DNA of 64,000 nucleotides from Bacillota bacterium (GCA_012523545.1 JAAYIH010000009.1:1248-65247); one strand, 5' to 3'; positions 1 through 10,120 are shown, numbered from the stretch's first letter. Numbers and translations are program-made. The notes: generated by a model from the letters alone, not told the origin.

Positions 1-661
1 CCATGCCGCCGGTGTTGGGTCCGGTGTCACCGGCGCCGATTCGCTTGTAATCCCGGCTGGGAACCAGGGGCAGCCAGCGCCTGCCCTGGGCCAGCACCAT
101 GAAGGAGAGTTCCTCGCCTTCCAGATACTCCTCGATGACGGCGGGGCCGGAGAGGGTCAGGGCGGCCTGCCGGGCCTCTTCCCCGGTCATGGCCACCGTC
201 ACCCCTTTACCTGCCGCCAGGCCGTCGGCTTTGATGACCACCGGCGCTCCCCACCGGGCCACCGTCTCAGCCGCCTCCCGGGGGCCGGCAACCTTGACGT
301 ACCTGGCCGTGGGAATACTCCAGGCCGTCATCAGCTCCTTGGCAAAGGCCTTGCTCCCTTCCAGGCGGGCCGCCGCCCGGGAAGGGCCGAAGCAGGGTAT
401 GCCCGCCTCTTCCAGGCAATCGCTGACGCCGGCCAACAGCGGCGCCTCCGGCCCGATTACCGCCAGGTCCACGGCCTGAGCTCTGGCCCAGGCGGCCACC
501 TCCGGCCCCGAGCAGGGATCCAGGTTCGTCACCTTTTCTGCCTGCCCCTCCAGGGCGGCGTTGCCCGGCAGCCAGTACAATTTGGTTAACAGCGGGCTTT
601 CCAGGATGCGGGCGGCCAGGGCATGCTCCCTGGCGCCGCCGCCGATTAACAGCACGCGCAC
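1..661 (-). CDS. purD: Phosphoribosylamine--glycine ligase PurD. N-terminal part only; the C-terminus runs off the window start.
   Basis: Minus-strand translation starts VRVLLIGGGAREHALAARI... (ATP-grasp PurD N-terminus). GTG start at 659-661 sits 11 nt after the purH stop. RBS GGAGGCGATAG upstream. Confidence 0.85.
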   Translation of the reverse strand, partial: MRVLLIGGGAREHALAARILESPLLTKLYWLPGNAALEGQAEKVTNLDPCSGPEVAAWARAQAVDLAVIGPEAPLLAGVSDCLEEAGIPCFGPSRAAARLEGSKAFAKELMTAWSIPTARYVKVAGPREAAETVARWGAPVVIKADGLAAGKGVTVAMTGEEARQAALTLSGPAVIEEYLEGEELSFMVLAQGRRWLPLVPSRDYKRIGAGDTGPNTGGM

Positions 662-672
662 TCTATCGCCTC

Positions 673-2184
673 CTAGTGCCGGAAATGGCGGATGCCGGTA
701 AAGACCATGCTGACGCCCAGCCGGTCGGCGGCCTCTATGGCCCGGGCATCGCCCTTGGAGCCTCCGGGCTGGACGATGACGGCAATGCCGGCCGCGGCGG
801 CGGCTTCCACCACGTCGGGGAAGGGGATGAAACCGTCGGAGGCCAGCACTGCGCCCCGCGCCCTGGGTCCGGCGGCTGCCAGGGCTGTGCGGGCGGCGCC
901 GATGCGGCTGGTGCTGCCGGAACCTATCCCTACAGTCATGCCGCCCGCCGCCACCACGATGGCGTTGGATTTGGCGTGCTTGGCGGTATACCAGGCCAGG
1001 CGGGCGTCTTCCTCCCAGCCCGGGGGCGGCGGAACGCTGCCCGCCACCCGCCACGGCCCGCCTTGCCCCCCATCGGCCTGCTGGACCAGCAGGCCGCCGG
1101 CAATGCTCCTGATGAGCAGGCCCGCTTCCTTCCGGGGCGGACAGGCCAGCAGGCGCAGGTTCTTTTTGCCGGCCAGGATTTCCCTGGCTGCTGCGGTGAA
1201 GTCCGGCGCCGCCACCACCTCCAGGAAAATTTCCGCCAAAGCCGCCGCCGTCTCGGCGTCCACCGGACAGTTGAAGGCCACGATGCCGCCGAAAATGGAA
1301 ACGGAGTCGGCTTCCCGGGCCCGGGCAAAGGCCTGGACCGGGGTGGCGCCTGTGCCCACCCCGCAGGGCGTCGCGTGCTTTACCGCCACCGCCGCAGGCT
1401 GGCTGAACTCCGCCGCCAGGGCCAGGGCGGCATGGGCGTCGTTGAAGTTGTTGTAGGACAATGCCTTGCCCTGGAGGGGTTCAGCCCAGGCCAGGGCATC
1501 GGTCTGCCCCTCCCACCGGTAGAGGGCGGCCTTTTGGTGGGGGTTTTCCCCGTAGCGGAGTTCGGCGCCCTTAACCGCCGCCAGCGTCAGGTGCCGGGGC
1601 AGTTCATCCCCCAGCCAGGCGGCGATGGCTGCGTCATAGGCGGCAGTGTGGGCAAAGGCCGCCTGGGCCAGGCTGCGCCGCTGCGCCTGGGACAAGTCCC
1701 CCTGCTCCCGCAGGGCGTCGAGAACGTCCCGGTAGTCTACGGGCCGGCACACCGGGATGACGTCGGGGTAGTTCTTGGCCGCCGCCCGCAGCAGGGCCGG
1801 TCCGCCGATGTCGATGTGCTCCAGCGCCCGGTCCGGGGTGCACCCGGGTTCGGCGGCCACCCGGGCAAAGGGGTAGAGGTTGACCGCCACCAGGTCCACC
1901 AGGCCTATGCCGTGGCTTTGCAGCTCGGCCAGGTCCCGGGGCTCGCTTCTCCGGGCCAGAATCCCGCCGTGGATGCGGGGGTGAAGGCTTTTTACCCGCC
2001 CTTCCAGCAGTTCGGGAAAGCCGGTGACCTCCTGTACCGGCGTCACCGCCAGGCCGGCTTCCTCCAGGGCCCGGGCGGTGCCGCCGGTGGATACCAGCTC
2101 GACACCCAGCTCTGCCAGCCCCCGGGCAAAATCCGCCAAACCCTCTTTGTCGTAAACGCTGAGCAGGGCGCGTTTAATCCGCAT
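673..2184 (-). CDS. purH: Bifunctional AICAR formyltransferase / IMP cyclohydrolase PurH
   Basis: ORF 673..2238 minus. Protein MRIKRALLSVYDKEGL...HPRIHGGILARR is typical PurH. Start chosen at ATG 2182-2184 (MRIK) because GAGGAGG lies 6 nt upstream. An in-frame upstream Met (MKARR, ATG 2203-2205) is possible. Confidence 0.9.
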   Translation of the reverse strand: MRIKRALLSVYDKEGLADFARGLAELGVELVSTGGTARALEEAGLAVTPVQEVTGFPELLEGRVKSLHPRIHGGILARRSEPRDLAELQSHGIGLVDLVAVNLYPFARVAAEPGCTPDRALEHIDIGGPALLRAAAKNYPDVIPVCRPVDYRDVLDALREQGDLSQAQRRSLAQAAFAHTAAYDAAIAAWLGDELPRHLTLAAVKGAELRYGENPHQKAALYRWEGQTDALAWAEPLQGKALSYNNFNDAHAALALAAEFSQPAAVAVKHATPCGVGTGATPVQAFARAREADSVSIFGGIVAFNCPVDAETAAALAEIFLEVVAAPDFTAAAREILAGKKNLRLLACPPRKEAGLLIRSIAGGLLVQQADGGQGGPWRVAGSVPPPPGWEEDARLAWYTAKHAKSNAIVVAAGGMTVGIGSGSTSRIGAARTALAAAGPRARGAVLASDGFIPFPDVVEAAAAAGIAVIVQPGGSKGDARAIEAADRLGVSMVFTGIRHFRH

Positions 2185-2791
2185 ATGCAACCTCCTCGCT
2201 TTCATTTTTCGGCCCCGGCTTGACCTGGCCCCGGGCAAAGGCCGTCACCGCCTGCACCAGGAGCCGGTGTTCCTGGACCTTAATGCGCGCATGCAATGTT
2301 TCCGGGCTGTCGCCGGGCAGCACCGGCACCGCCTCCTGCAAGAGGATGGGGCCGGTATCCATGCCCTCGTCCACCAGGTGCACCGTGCAGCCGCTGAGCT
2401 TGACCCCCCGGGCCAGGGCCTGGGCCGGGGCGTCCAGCCCCGGGAATGCGGGCAACAAGGAGGGGTGCACGTTGATGATGGGTGCAAACTGCCCGATGAA
2501 TTCCCGCGGCAGCAGGCGCATATAGCCCGCCAGCACCACCAGGTCGGGCCGGTAAGGGGCCATGGCCCGGGCCAGCCGGCGGTGGTAGCCTTCCCGTCCC
2601 TCCCCCCTGCGCGGGGCCAGGGCAAGAACCGGGATGCCTGCCCGGCGCGCCCTGGTCAGGGCCCCGGCCCGGGGATTGTCCGACGCCACCAGGACGATGT
2701 CCGCCACGCCGCGCCGGTGCACCTGGTCGATGAGGGCCTGGAGATTGCTGCCCGCGCCCGAGGCCAGCACCGCAACCCTGTACTTACTCAT
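2174..2791 (-). CDS. purN: Phosphoribosylglycinamide formyltransferase PurN
   Basis: 205-aa segment MSKYRVAVLASGAGSNLQAL...HLVDEGMDTGPILLQ of ORF 2174..3439. The ORF continues upstream out of frame, antisense to purM, so the start was set at MSKY. Overlaps purH by 11 nt. Confidence 0.85.
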   Translation of the reverse strand: MSKYRVAVLASGAGSNLQALIDQVHRRGVADIVLVASDNPRAGALTRARRAGIPVLALAPRRGEGREGYHRRLARAMAPYRPDLVVLAGYMRLLPREFIGQFAPIINVHPSLLPAFPGLDAPAQALARGVKLSGCTVHLVDEGMDTGPILLQEAVPVLPGDSPETLHARIKVQEHRLLVQAVTAFARGQVKPGPKNESEEVAYAD

Positions 2792-3806
2792 GGATACGCA
2801 CCCGCCCCGTGCCCGGCTGAAGCGTGCCGATGGGCCAGGCTTCGATGCCGGCGCCGTGGCAAAGGGCGATGAACTCCTGCACCTGGTCGGGCTCCGCCAC
2901 CACCGTAAAGCCGATACCCATGTTAAACGCCGACCACAGCTCCTGCCGGGGCACCCCGGCCCGGGCCATGGCGCTGTAAATCCACGGCTGGGGCCACGAT
3001 CCCGCCTGCACCACAATGTCCAAAGTATGGGGCAGGGTGCGGCCGGCGTTGCCCGGCAACCCGCCGCCGGTAATATGGGCCATGGCCTTTGCCCCCTTCT
3101 CGGCCAGGGTCCTGGCCAGGGGCAGGTAGAGGCGGGTGGGCCGGAGCAGGTATTCCAGCAGCGGACCGTCGCCGCCGGGATAGGTTTTTTCGGCCTCCAG
3201 CAGGCCCCGGTCCAGCAACAGGCGCACCAGGGAGTAGCCGTTGCTGTGCAGGCCGGAACTGGCCAGGCCCACCACGACGTCGCCGGCCCGGCAGCGGCGG
3301 CCGTCGACGATTTTGTCCCGTTCCACCACGCCGACGGCAAAGCCGGCCACGTCGTAGTCCCCCGGCGGGTAGAAACCCGGCATCTCCGCCGTCTCGCCGC
3401 CCAGCAGCGCGCACCCGGCCTGGCGGCAATAGCGGGCAAAACCGGCCACCACCGCTTCGGCGGTGGCGGCGTCCAATTTGCCCACCGCCAGGTAATCCAG
3501 CATAAACAGGGGCTGGGCGCCGCTGGTGGCCAGGTCGTTGAGGCACATGGCGGCGGCGTCCATACCCGCCGTCCGGCCGCGCCCGTTGGCGATGAGCAGG
3601 CGCAGCTTGGTACCCACCCCGTCGGTGCAGGCCGTCAACACCGGATTGACGTAACCCGGGGGCAGGCCAATCAGGCCCACAAAGCCCCCCACCCCCGCCA
3701 GGACGTGGCGGGAGTTTGTGCTCCGGGCCAGGCGGCGGTAGCTTTCCACCAGGGCTTCGGCGGCAGCCGTGTCGACGCCGCTGGCCTTGTAAGTCAGTTC
3801 TGCCAT
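2784..3806 (-). CDS. purM: Phosphoribosylformylglycinamidine cyclo-ligase PurM (AIR synthetase)
   Basis: 340 aa MAELTYKASGVDTAAAE...GGETAEMPGFY. The ATG overlaps the purF stop by 1 nt (TGATG). Confidence 0.9.
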   Translation of the reverse strand: MAELTYKASGVDTAAAEALVESYRRLARSTNSRHVLAGVGGFVGLIGLPPGYVNPVLTACTDGVGTKLRLLIANGRGRTAGMDAAAMCLNDLATSGAQPLFMLDYLAVGKLDAATAEAVVAGFARYCRQAGCALLGGETAEMPGFYPPGDYDVAGFAVGVVERDKIVDGRRCRAGDVVVGLASSGLHSNGYSLVRLLLDRGLLEAEKTYPGGDGPLLEYLLRPTRLYLPLARTLAEKGAKAMAHITGGGLPGNAGRTLPHTLDIVVQAGSWPQPWIYSAMARAGVPRQELWSAFNMGIGFTVVAEPDQVQEFIALCHGAGIEAWPIGTLQPGTGRVRIHE

Positions 3807-5161
3807 CAGCCTTCCCTCCTTACAGGATGATTGCCCAGGAAACAGCCCAGGCAGAGGCTGTCGGCATCCAGCCCCACTGCCCCGGTCATGCCCCGGCAGG
3901 ACAGGAACTGCAGGCTGTCTGCCCCCACATGCCTTGCGATTTCGTCGGGCTGCATGCGGGCGGCGATGAGCTCGTCCCGGGTGTCGATGCCCAGGCCGCA
4001 GCCGTAGGCGATGGGGGGAGAGGCGATGCGCAGGTGGACCTCCACGGCGCCGGCCCGGCGCAGCATGGCCGTCAGCCGGGTGCTGGTGGTGCCCCGCACC
4101 AGTGAATCGTCCACCAGCACCACCCGCTTGCCCTTGACCACTCCGCCGATGGCATTGAGTTTCAGAGCCACCCCCTGCTCGCGCTGGCGCTGGGTGGGCT
4201 TGATAAAGGTGCGGCCCAGGTAGCGGTTGCGAATCAGTCCCGTCTCGTACGGCAGTCCTGCCTCCTGGGCGTAGCCGGCAGCGGCGGACAGGCTGGAGTC
4301 CGGCACCCCCAGGACGATGTCGGCCGGGGCGGGGGCTTCCCGGGCCAGGATGCGGCCCAGTTCCCGCCGCACCATGTGCACGTTGCGGCCGGCAAAGATG
4401 CTGTCGGGACGGGCAAAGTAGATGAACTCAAAGACGCAGAAGGCCTTGCGCCGGGGCGGCAGGAGGGGGAGGGAATGCAGACCGTCGGCGCCGATGGAAA
4501 TCAGCTCTCCCGGCTCCGCCTCCCGCACCAGTTCCGCCCCCACCGCGTCCAGGGCGCAGGACTCCGAAGCGACGACCCAGCCCTGGGGCAGCTTGCCCAC
4601 CACCAGGGGGCGGATGCCGTGGGGGTCCCGCAGGGCCATGAGGCGGTCGGGGGTGAGGACCAGCAGAGCATAGGCCCCCCGGATCTGGCTCAAAGCCGAG
4701 TGCAGCGCGTCGGTGAGGTCGGTGGTGGTGGCCCGGGCCAGGAGGTGAGCCACCACTTCGCCGTCGCTTCCGGTCTGGAAGATGGAACCCTGCTGTTCCA
4801 GGTGCTCCCGGATTTCCGGGGCGTTGACCAGCCGGCCGTTGTGGGCCAGGGCCAGCTGCCCCCAGCGCCCGGTAAAGAGCAGGGGCTGGACGTCTCCGGC
4901 CGCCGGGCCGCCGGCGGAATAGCGCACGTGGCCGATGGCGGCGGGGGCATCGATGTCCCCGGCGGCGAAGTCCCGGAACACGTCTTCCACCAGGCCGGCG
5001 CCCCGGTGCAGGTGCAGGCCGTCCTTGCTCCAGCAGATGCCGGCGCTTTCCTGGCCCCGGTGCTGGATGGCCACCAGGCCGACGATGGCCGTCGTCACGG
5101 CATCGCCCCCCGGTGCCCACAGGCCAAAAACGCCGCATTCTTCGCAGATCAGCTTACGCAC
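3806..5161 (-). CDS. purF: Amidophosphoribosyltransferase PurF, with a short propeptide before the catalytic Cys
   Basis: ...KLICEECGVFGLWAPG matches the Bacillus-type PurF propeptide and the Cys1 motif. GTG start at 5159-5161 with GGAGGTG about 9 nt upstream. The upstream in-frame extension to 5278 is rejected because it overlaps the purL 3' end. Confidence 0.85.
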   Translation of the reverse strand: MRKLICEECGVFGLWAPGGDAVTTAIVGLVAIQHRGQESAGICWSKDGLHLHRGAGLVEDVFRDFAAGDIDAPAAIGHVRYSAGGPAAGDVQPLLFTGRWGQLALAHNGRLVNAPEIREHLEQQGSIFQTGSDGEVVAHLLARATTTDLTDALHSALSQIRGAYALLVLTPDRLMALRDPHGIRPLVVGKLPQGWVVASESCALDAVGAELVREAEPGELISIGADGLHSLPLLPPRRKAFCVFEFIYFARPDSIFAGRNVHMVRRELGRILAREAPAPADIVLGVPDSSLSAAAGYAQEAGLPYETGLIRNRYLGRTFIKPTQRQREQGVALKLNAIGGVVKGKRVVLVDDSLVRGTTSTRLTAMLRRAGAVEVHLRIASPPIAYGCGLGIDTRDELIAARMQPDEIARHVGADSLQFLSCRGMTGAVGLDADSLCLGCFLGNHPVRREG

Positions 5162-7334
5162 CGGCAAACACCTCCGCCAGCGTCCCGGTCCAGGCCCGCT
5201 CCATTTCCGCCAGGCTGAGGCGGATGAGGTCGCCGATGACCAGCTCCGGTTCCGCGCTGACCCGACCCAGTTCGGCAACGGGCACCCCGTGCTCCCGGGC
5301 CAGCTCCCGGAAGGCAGCCAGGTCCCCGGGCTCCACGGCCACTGCCACAGCGCCGGGAGATTCGGAAAAGAGCCAGAAATCGGGGCGTCCCGGCCAGGGC
5401 AGGGACAGCTTCAGCCCGGCCCCGGCGGCCAGGGCCATTTCCGCCACGGTGACGGCCAGGCCGCCGTCGCTGACGTCGTGGGCCGCCTTGACCAGCCCCG
5501 CCGCCACCGCCCGGGGCAGCAGGCGGCACAGCCGGGCTTCCAGGTCCAGGTTGACCCGGGGCACCGGACCGGCCAGGTCTCCCGTGCGCGACAGCAAGTA
5601 CTCGCTGCCCCCCGGCAGGGGCTGGATTTCCCCGGCCATGACCAGCATCTGGCCGGGCCGGGGCGCGATGGCGCAGGCCCGGGCGACGTCCTCCAGCAGC
5701 CCCACCATGCCGATGACCGGCGTCGGGTAGATGGCCGCATCGCCGCTCTCGTTATACAAACTGACATTGCCCCCAACCACCGGCGTGTCCAGGGCCAGAC
5801 AGGCCTCTTTTATGCCGGCAATGGCCTGGGCCAGGGCCCAGTACTGCTCCGGCACCTCGGGGCTGGGGAAGTTGAGACAGTTGGTCACCGCAACTGGACG
5901 GGCGCCGGTGCAGGCCACGTTGCGGGCCGCCTCGGCCACCGCCCGCACAGCGCCCTGGCGGGGGTCCAGGCGGCAGTAGCGGCTGTTGCAGTCGATGGCA
6001 GCCGCTATCCCCTTGCGGCTGCCCGGGAGGCGCAGCACGGCGGCGCTGGTTCCCGGCCCCTGCACCGTGTTGCCCCCCGCCAGGTAATCGAACTGCTGCC
6101 AGATGGGGCGGCGGCTGCAGATGTTGGCGCTGGCCAATAGCTGCAGCAGGGTGCGGTTGTAGTCGGGCGGGGGCAACTGCCGCCACACCTCTCCCGCAGG
6201 CGCCGGCGCCGGCTCCTGCATGGGCGGATTGCGCCGGGGAACGCCGTCGGTCAGCAGGGCGGCGGGGAGACGCCCCACTTCCCGGCCGTGCATGCGGACA
6301 ACCAAGTCTTTTCCCGCGGTGACCTGACCGATGTCGGCAGCCTGCAAACCCCGGCGTCTGAAGGCCTCCTGCACTGCCGCAACGGCCCGGGGACGCACCA
6401 CCAGCAACATGCGCTCCTGGGACTCGGAGAGCATGATTTCCGCCGGCGTCATATCTTGCTCCCGCACCGGCACCCGGGACAGTTCCAGCTCCATGCCGGC
6501 GCCGCCCCGGAAGGCCATTTCGCTTCCGGCCGAAGTCAGTCCGGCGGCGCCCAGGTCCTGGATGCCCACCACGTCGGGATTGCCGGCCAGTTCCAGGCAG
6601 GCTTCCAGCAGCTGCTTTTCGGCCAGGGGGTCGCCCTGGACTACAGGGCTGTCGCCGTCTTCCCGGTCCAGCCCGGCCGAGGCAAAGGCGGCGCCGGCAA
6701 TGCCGTCCCGGCCCGTCCTGGCCCCCGCCACCAGCACCCGGTTGCCCGGACCGGAGGCAACGCCCTTCATCAGGCGCGCCAGGGGCGCCACGCCTATGCA
6801 CATGGCGTTGACCAGGGGATTGAGCCCGTAGCAGTTGTCAAAATACACCTCGCCCCCCACCGTGGGCACACCCAGGCAATTGCCGTAGTCGGCCATGCCG
6901 CGGACGGCGTCCCGCAGCAGTTCCCGGTTGCGGCTGTCCGCCAGGGCGCCGAAGCGCAGGGAATTGAGCAGGGCCACCGGCCGCGCCCCCATGCTGAACA
7001 CGTCCCGGACGATACCGCCGACGCCGGTGGCCGCCCCGTGGTAAGGCTCCACCGCCGAGGGGTGGTTGTGGCTTTCGATTTTAAAGGCAATGCCCATGCC
7101 GTCGCCGGCGTCGATGACCCCGGCGTTTTCCCCCGGACCCTGGACCACCAGGGGGCCCTGGGTGGGCAGGGTTTTGAGCAGGTGCCGGGTGTGCTTGTAA
7201 CTGCAGTGTTCCGACCACATCACCGCCAGCATGGCCAGCTCAAGCTCATTGGGCTCCCGGCCCAGCTGGTCCACGGCGGCCTGGTATTCAGTATCGGCAA
7301 GACCGTACTTTTGCCAAATTTTCAGTTCCGGCAT
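5154..7334 (-). CDS. purL: Phosphoribosylformylglycinamidine synthase subunit PurL. This is the small-type PurL, which requires PurS and PurQ.
   Basis: 726 aa MPELKIWQKYGLADTEYQAAVDQLGREPNELELAMLAVMWSEHCSYKHTR... is the canonical small PurL N-terminus. Confidence 0.9.
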   Translation of the reverse strand: MPELKIWQKYGLADTEYQAAVDQLGREPNELELAMLAVMWSEHCSYKHTRHLLKTLPTQGPLVVQGPGENAGVIDAGDGMGIAFKIESHNHPSAVEPYHGAATGVGGIVRDVFSMGARPVALLNSLRFGALADSRNRELLRDAVRGMADYGNCLGVPTVGGEVYFDNCYGLNPLVNAMCIGVAPLARLMKGVASGPGNRVLVAGARTGRDGIAGAAFASAGLDREDGDSPVVQGDPLAEKQLLEACLELAGNPDVVGIQDLGAAGLTSAGSEMAFRGGAGMELELSRVPVREQDMTPAEIMLSESQERMLLVVRPRAVAAVQEAFRRRGLQAADIGQVTAGKDLVVRMHGREVGRLPAALLTDGVPRRNPPMQEPAPAPAGEVWRQLPPPDYNRTLLQLLASANICSRRPIWQQFDYLAGGNTVQGPGTSAAVLRLPGSRKGIAAAIDCNSRYCRLDPRQGAVRAVAEAARNVACTGARPVAVTNCLNFPSPEVPEQYWALAQAIAGIKEACLALDTPVVGGNVSLYNESGDAAIYPTPVIGMVGLLEDVARACAIAPRPGQMLVMAGEIQPLPGGSEYLLSRTGDLAGPVPRVNLDLEARLCRLLPRAVAAGLVKAAHDVSDGGLAVTVAEMALAAGAGLKLSLPWPGRPDFWLFSESPGAVAVAVEPGDLAAFRELAREHGVPVAELGRVSAEPELVIGDLIRLSLAEMERAWTGTLAEVFAGA

Positions 7335-8041
7335 TGCGCTTCCTCCAGTCTTTTCAGGACTTCCCGGTACCCCTCCAGCACGTCGCCGCTGTCGTTGCGG
7401 AAGCGGTCCTTGTCCAGGCTCTCGGCGGCGCCCGCCCGCCAGAGGCGGCAGGTATCGGGAGAGATTTCGTCGATGAGGAGCAGCTCGTCCCCGGCGACGC
7501 CGAATTCCAGTTTAAAGTCCACCAGGTCCAGCCCGGCAGCGGCAAAGATTTCCTTCAGTACGCGGTTTACCGCCAGGGCCCGGCTGGCCATGGCGTCGCA
7601 CTGCTGCGGAGTGGCCAGCTGCAACAGGGCGATGTGCTCCCGGGTGAGGAGGGGATCGTGCAGGCGGTCATTTTTCCAAAAGAACTCCACCAGGGGCGGA
7701 ACGATTTCCAGGTTTGGCTCCAGCCCCAGGCGCCGGCAGATGCTGCCGGCAGTGCGGTTGCGCACCACCACTTCCAGGGGCAGCAGCCGGGCCCTCCTGG
7801 CCAGCATGGCGGCGCTGCCTGCCAGGGCCACAAAGTGATTGGCGATGCCGGCCTCGGCCAGGCGGGTGAAGAGCAGGGCCGAAATCTTGTTGAGCAAGGC
7901 CCCCTTCCCCGGCAGCACCGCTTTCTTTGCCCCGTCCCCGGCGGTAATGGCGTCGCTGAACTCGATGATGCAGAGGCCGGGATCGGGGGTGGCCCAGACG
8001 GATTTAACCTTGCCTTGATGCAACAGCTCCCTTTTTTCCAT
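7322..8041 (-). CDS. purC: SAICAR synthetase PurC
   Basis: MEKRELLHQGKVKSVWATPDPGLCIIEFSDAITAGDGAKKAVLPGKGALLNKISALLF is a PurC signature. ATG at 8039-8041 with AAGGAAGGGG upstream. The ORF-track extension to 8116 is rejected. Confidence 0.85.
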   Translation of the reverse strand: MEKRELLHQGKVKSVWATPDPGLCIIEFSDAITAGDGAKKAVLPGKGALLNKISALLFTRLAEAGIANHFVALAGSAAMLARRARLLPLEVVVRNRTAGSICRRLGLEPNLEIVPPLVEFFWKNDRLHDPLLTREHIALLQLATPQQCDAMASRALAVNRVLKEIFAAAGLDLVDFKLEFGVAGDELLLIDEISPDTCRLWRAGAAESLDKDRFRNDSGDVLEGYREVLKRLEEAQCRN

Positions 8042-8042
8042 G

Positions 8043-9350
8043 TTATCCCCTTCCTTTTTCAATCCCCGCGCGGGCCAGGATGTCGTCCACCCGGGCCAAT
8101 AGGCGCCGGAGATCAAAGATTGCGTCCAGTTCCTGCTCCGTCAGAAGCTCCCGGAGCCGGGGCTGCTCCGCCGCGACCTGCCGCAGCGAGCCGCCCCCCT
8201 GCCAGACCTGCATGGCCGCCGCCTGCACCAGGTCGTAGGCCTCTTCCCGGGTCAGGCCCTTGTCCACCAGGGCCAGCAGCAGGGAGCCCGAAAAAGTCAG
8301 CCCCCGGGAAAGCGCGATGTTCTTCTGCATCTGCTCGGGGTAGACGTGGAGGTCCCGGAGGATGTCGGCAAGCCTGTGCACCATGTAGTCCACCAGGATG
8401 GTGCTGTCGGGGAGGATTACCCGTTCCGCCGAGGAGTGGGAGATGTCCCGCTCGTGCCAGAGGGCGACGTTTTCCAGGGCGGCCAGGCTGTTGGCGCGCA
8501 CCACCCGGGCCAGGCCGCAGAGCTGCTCGCAGCCGACGGGGTTGCGCTTGTGGGGCATGGCCGACGAACCCTTTTGCCCCGGGTAGAAGGGCTCCTCCAC
8601 TTCCCGGGTCTCGGTGCGCTGCAGGTTGCGGATTTCCAAAGCCACCTTTTCAATGGAGGCGGCGATGAGGGCCAGGGTGGTCATGAGGGCGGCGTGGCGG
8701 TCCCGCTGCAGCACCTGGGAAGATACCGGCGCCGGCTCCAGGCCCAGTTTGGCGCACACATACGCTTCTATTTCCGGGGGAATATTGGCGAAGCTGCCCA
8801 CCGCCCCCGACAGCTTGCCCACCGCCACCTCTTTGCGGGCGGCGGCCAGGCGGCGGCGCTGGCGCAGGAATTCCTGGTACCAAAGGGCAAATTTGAGCCC
8901 CAGGGTAACGGGCTCGGCGTGGACGCCGTGGGTGCGCCCCATCATCACGGTGTACCGGTGTTTGTCGGCCTGGCGGGCCAGCACTTCCAGCAGTCCGGCC
9001 AGACCGGCGTCGATGATGTCCACCGCCTCCGCCAGTTGGCAGCTGGCAGCGGTGTCCACCACGTCGGACGAGGTGAGGCCGTAATGCAGGTACCGGGATT
9101 CGGGGCCCAGGCTTTCGGCCACGCAGCGGGTAAAGGCGATGACGTCGTGGCGGGTGCTCTTTTCCAGCTCCAGGATGCGCTGGACGCTGAACCTGGCCCC
9201 GGCCCGGATTTTTTCCGCCGCCTCGGCGGGGATGCGTCCCAGCCGGGCCCAGGCCTCGCAGGCCAGGATTTCCACCTCCAGCCACAGCCGGAATTTGTTT
9301 TCCAGCGTCCACACCCGGGCCATCTCGGGGCGGGAATAGCGCTCAAGCAC
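8043..9350 (-). CDS. purB: Adenylosuccinate lyase PurB
   Basis: [34 protein letters not shown] aligns with the B. subtilis PurB N-terminus [13 protein letters not shown] start at 9348-9350 overlaps the purE stop (GTGCTTGA). An alternative upstream ATG at 9383 would overlap purE by 41 nt. Confidence 0.85.
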   Translation of the reverse strand: MLERYSRPEMARVWTLENKFRLWLEVEILACEAWARLGRIPAEAAEKIRAGARFSVQRILELEKSTRHDVIAFTRCVAESLGPESRYLHYGLTSSDVVDTAASCQLAEAVDIIDAGLAGLLEVLARQADKHRYTVMMGRTHGVHAEPVTLGLKFALWYQEFLRQRRRLAAARKEVAVGKLSGAVGSFANIPPEIEAYVCAKLGLEPAPVSSQVLQRDRHAALMTTLALIAASIEKVALEIRNLQRTETREVEEPFYPGQKGSSAMPHKRNPVGCEQLCGLARVVRANSLAALENVALWHERDISHSSAERVILPDSTILVDYMVHRLADILRDLHVYPEQMQKNIALSRGLTFSGSLLLALVDKGLTREEAYDLVQAAAMQVWQGGGSLRQVAAEQPRLRELLTEQELDAIFDLRRLLARVDDILARAGIEKGRG

Positions 9351-9843
9351 GGCCTTCCACCAGCTTTGCACGCAGTTCCGCATCCCCGGCCAACACGCGC
9401 CGGGCCTGGTTCCGGCGCAACTCTTCCAGCTTGTCCGCCAGACGCCCGTCGCGCAGGGCCAGGATCTGCACCGCCAGCAGGGCGGCGTTGCGGGCGTTGT
9501 CGATGCCCACCGTCGCCACCGGTACCCCCGGCGGCATCTGCACCACCGAATACAGGGCGTCCCGGCCCTGGAGGGGGCCCGCCGCCAGGGGCAACCCGAT
9601 GACCGGTCGCCGGGTATGGGCCGCCACTACCCCGGGCAGATGGGCGGCCAGGCCGGCGGCGGCGATGAAGACCTGCACCCCTGCCGCTTCCGCCTCCCGC
9701 ACAAAAGCCGCGCATTCCGCAGGGGTGCGGTGGGCCGACAGCACCCGCACCTCCGTCTCGACGCCGAATTCCCGCAACAGCTTCCAGGCCTCCTCCGCCC
9801 TGGGCCAGTCCGAAACGCTGCCCATAATCAACGCCACTTGCAT
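9343..9843 (-). CDS. purE: 5-(carboxyamino)imidazole ribonucleotide mutase / AIR carboxylase PurE. No purK is adjacent.
   Basis: 166 aa [29 protein letters not shown]...SAHRTP is the PurE fold. RBS GGGAGGTG upstream. Confidence 0.9.
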   Translation of the reverse strand: MQVALIMGSVSDWPRAEEAWKLLREFGVETEVRVLSAHRTPAECAAFVREAEAAGVQVFIAAAGLAAHLPGVVAAHTRRPVIGLPLAAGPLQGRDALYSVVQMPPGVPVATVGIDNARNAALLAVQILALRDGRLADKLEELRRNQARRVLAGDAELRAKLVEGRA

Positions 9844-9865
9844 AACAGCACCTCCCGCAGTTTTG

Positions 9866-9926
9866 TCTAAAATTTAAAGCCCAGACAGGGTAGGTTACGG
9901 TCAGAAACCTACCCGCCTGGGCTTTT
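9866..9926 (-). terminator. Intrinsic terminator: expression platform of the purE guanine riboswitch
   Basis: RNA AAGCCCAGGCGGGUAGGUU-UCUGACCGU-AACCUACCCUGUCUGGGCUU followed by UAAAUUUU. Lies between the aptamer and the purE start. Confidence 0.6.
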
Positions 9927-10000
9927 ATCCCTTCGGTGTAGCTGCGTACACGACGCAACCTGTACCACTCGGACCCAAAAATGGGAACCCTAGGTACACT

Positions 10001-10073
10001 TTCCCCGTAGTCAGGCAATTTACGGTTGCCTGGTAGAGACTCCCGAGCCCTATTCCCGGGATTATACGAGCTG
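10001..10073 (-). promoter_or_regulatory. Guanine-sensing purine riboswitch aptamer (RF00167-like) in the purE operon leader
   Basis: Minus-strand RNA GCUCGUAUAAUCCCGGGAAUAGGGCUCGGGAGUCUCUACCAGGCAACCGUAAAUUGCCUGACUACGGGG. Conserved UAUAAU, UCUACC and CCGUAAAU cores and P1 pairing are present. C in GACUAC at the discriminator position indicates guanine specificity. Confidence 0.85.
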
Positions 10074-10091
10074 CTATTCAATTACACTTTC

Positions 10092-10120
10092 ATCATACCC
10101 CTGCCGGTTGGACAAGTCAA
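10092..10120 (-). promoter_or_regulatory. Sigma-A-type promoter for the riboswitch-purE operon
   Basis: Minus-strand TTGACT-17nt-TATGAT about 20 nt upstream of the aptamer. Confidence 0.55.

Noticed and set aside
676-2223. 515-aa plus-strand ORF
   Set aside because: It is antisense to purH in high-GC DNA and has a Gly/Arg/Pro-rich low-complexity translation. The minus-strand PurH assignment is unambiguous.
2174-3439. 421-aa minus-strand ORF
   Set aside because: A chimeric open frame. Only the last 205 aa, starting at MSKY with an RBS, are PurN. The upstream part is antisense to purM in a different frame.
8346-9602. 418-aa plus-strand ORF
   Set aside because: Antisense to purB and purE, and compositionally biased.
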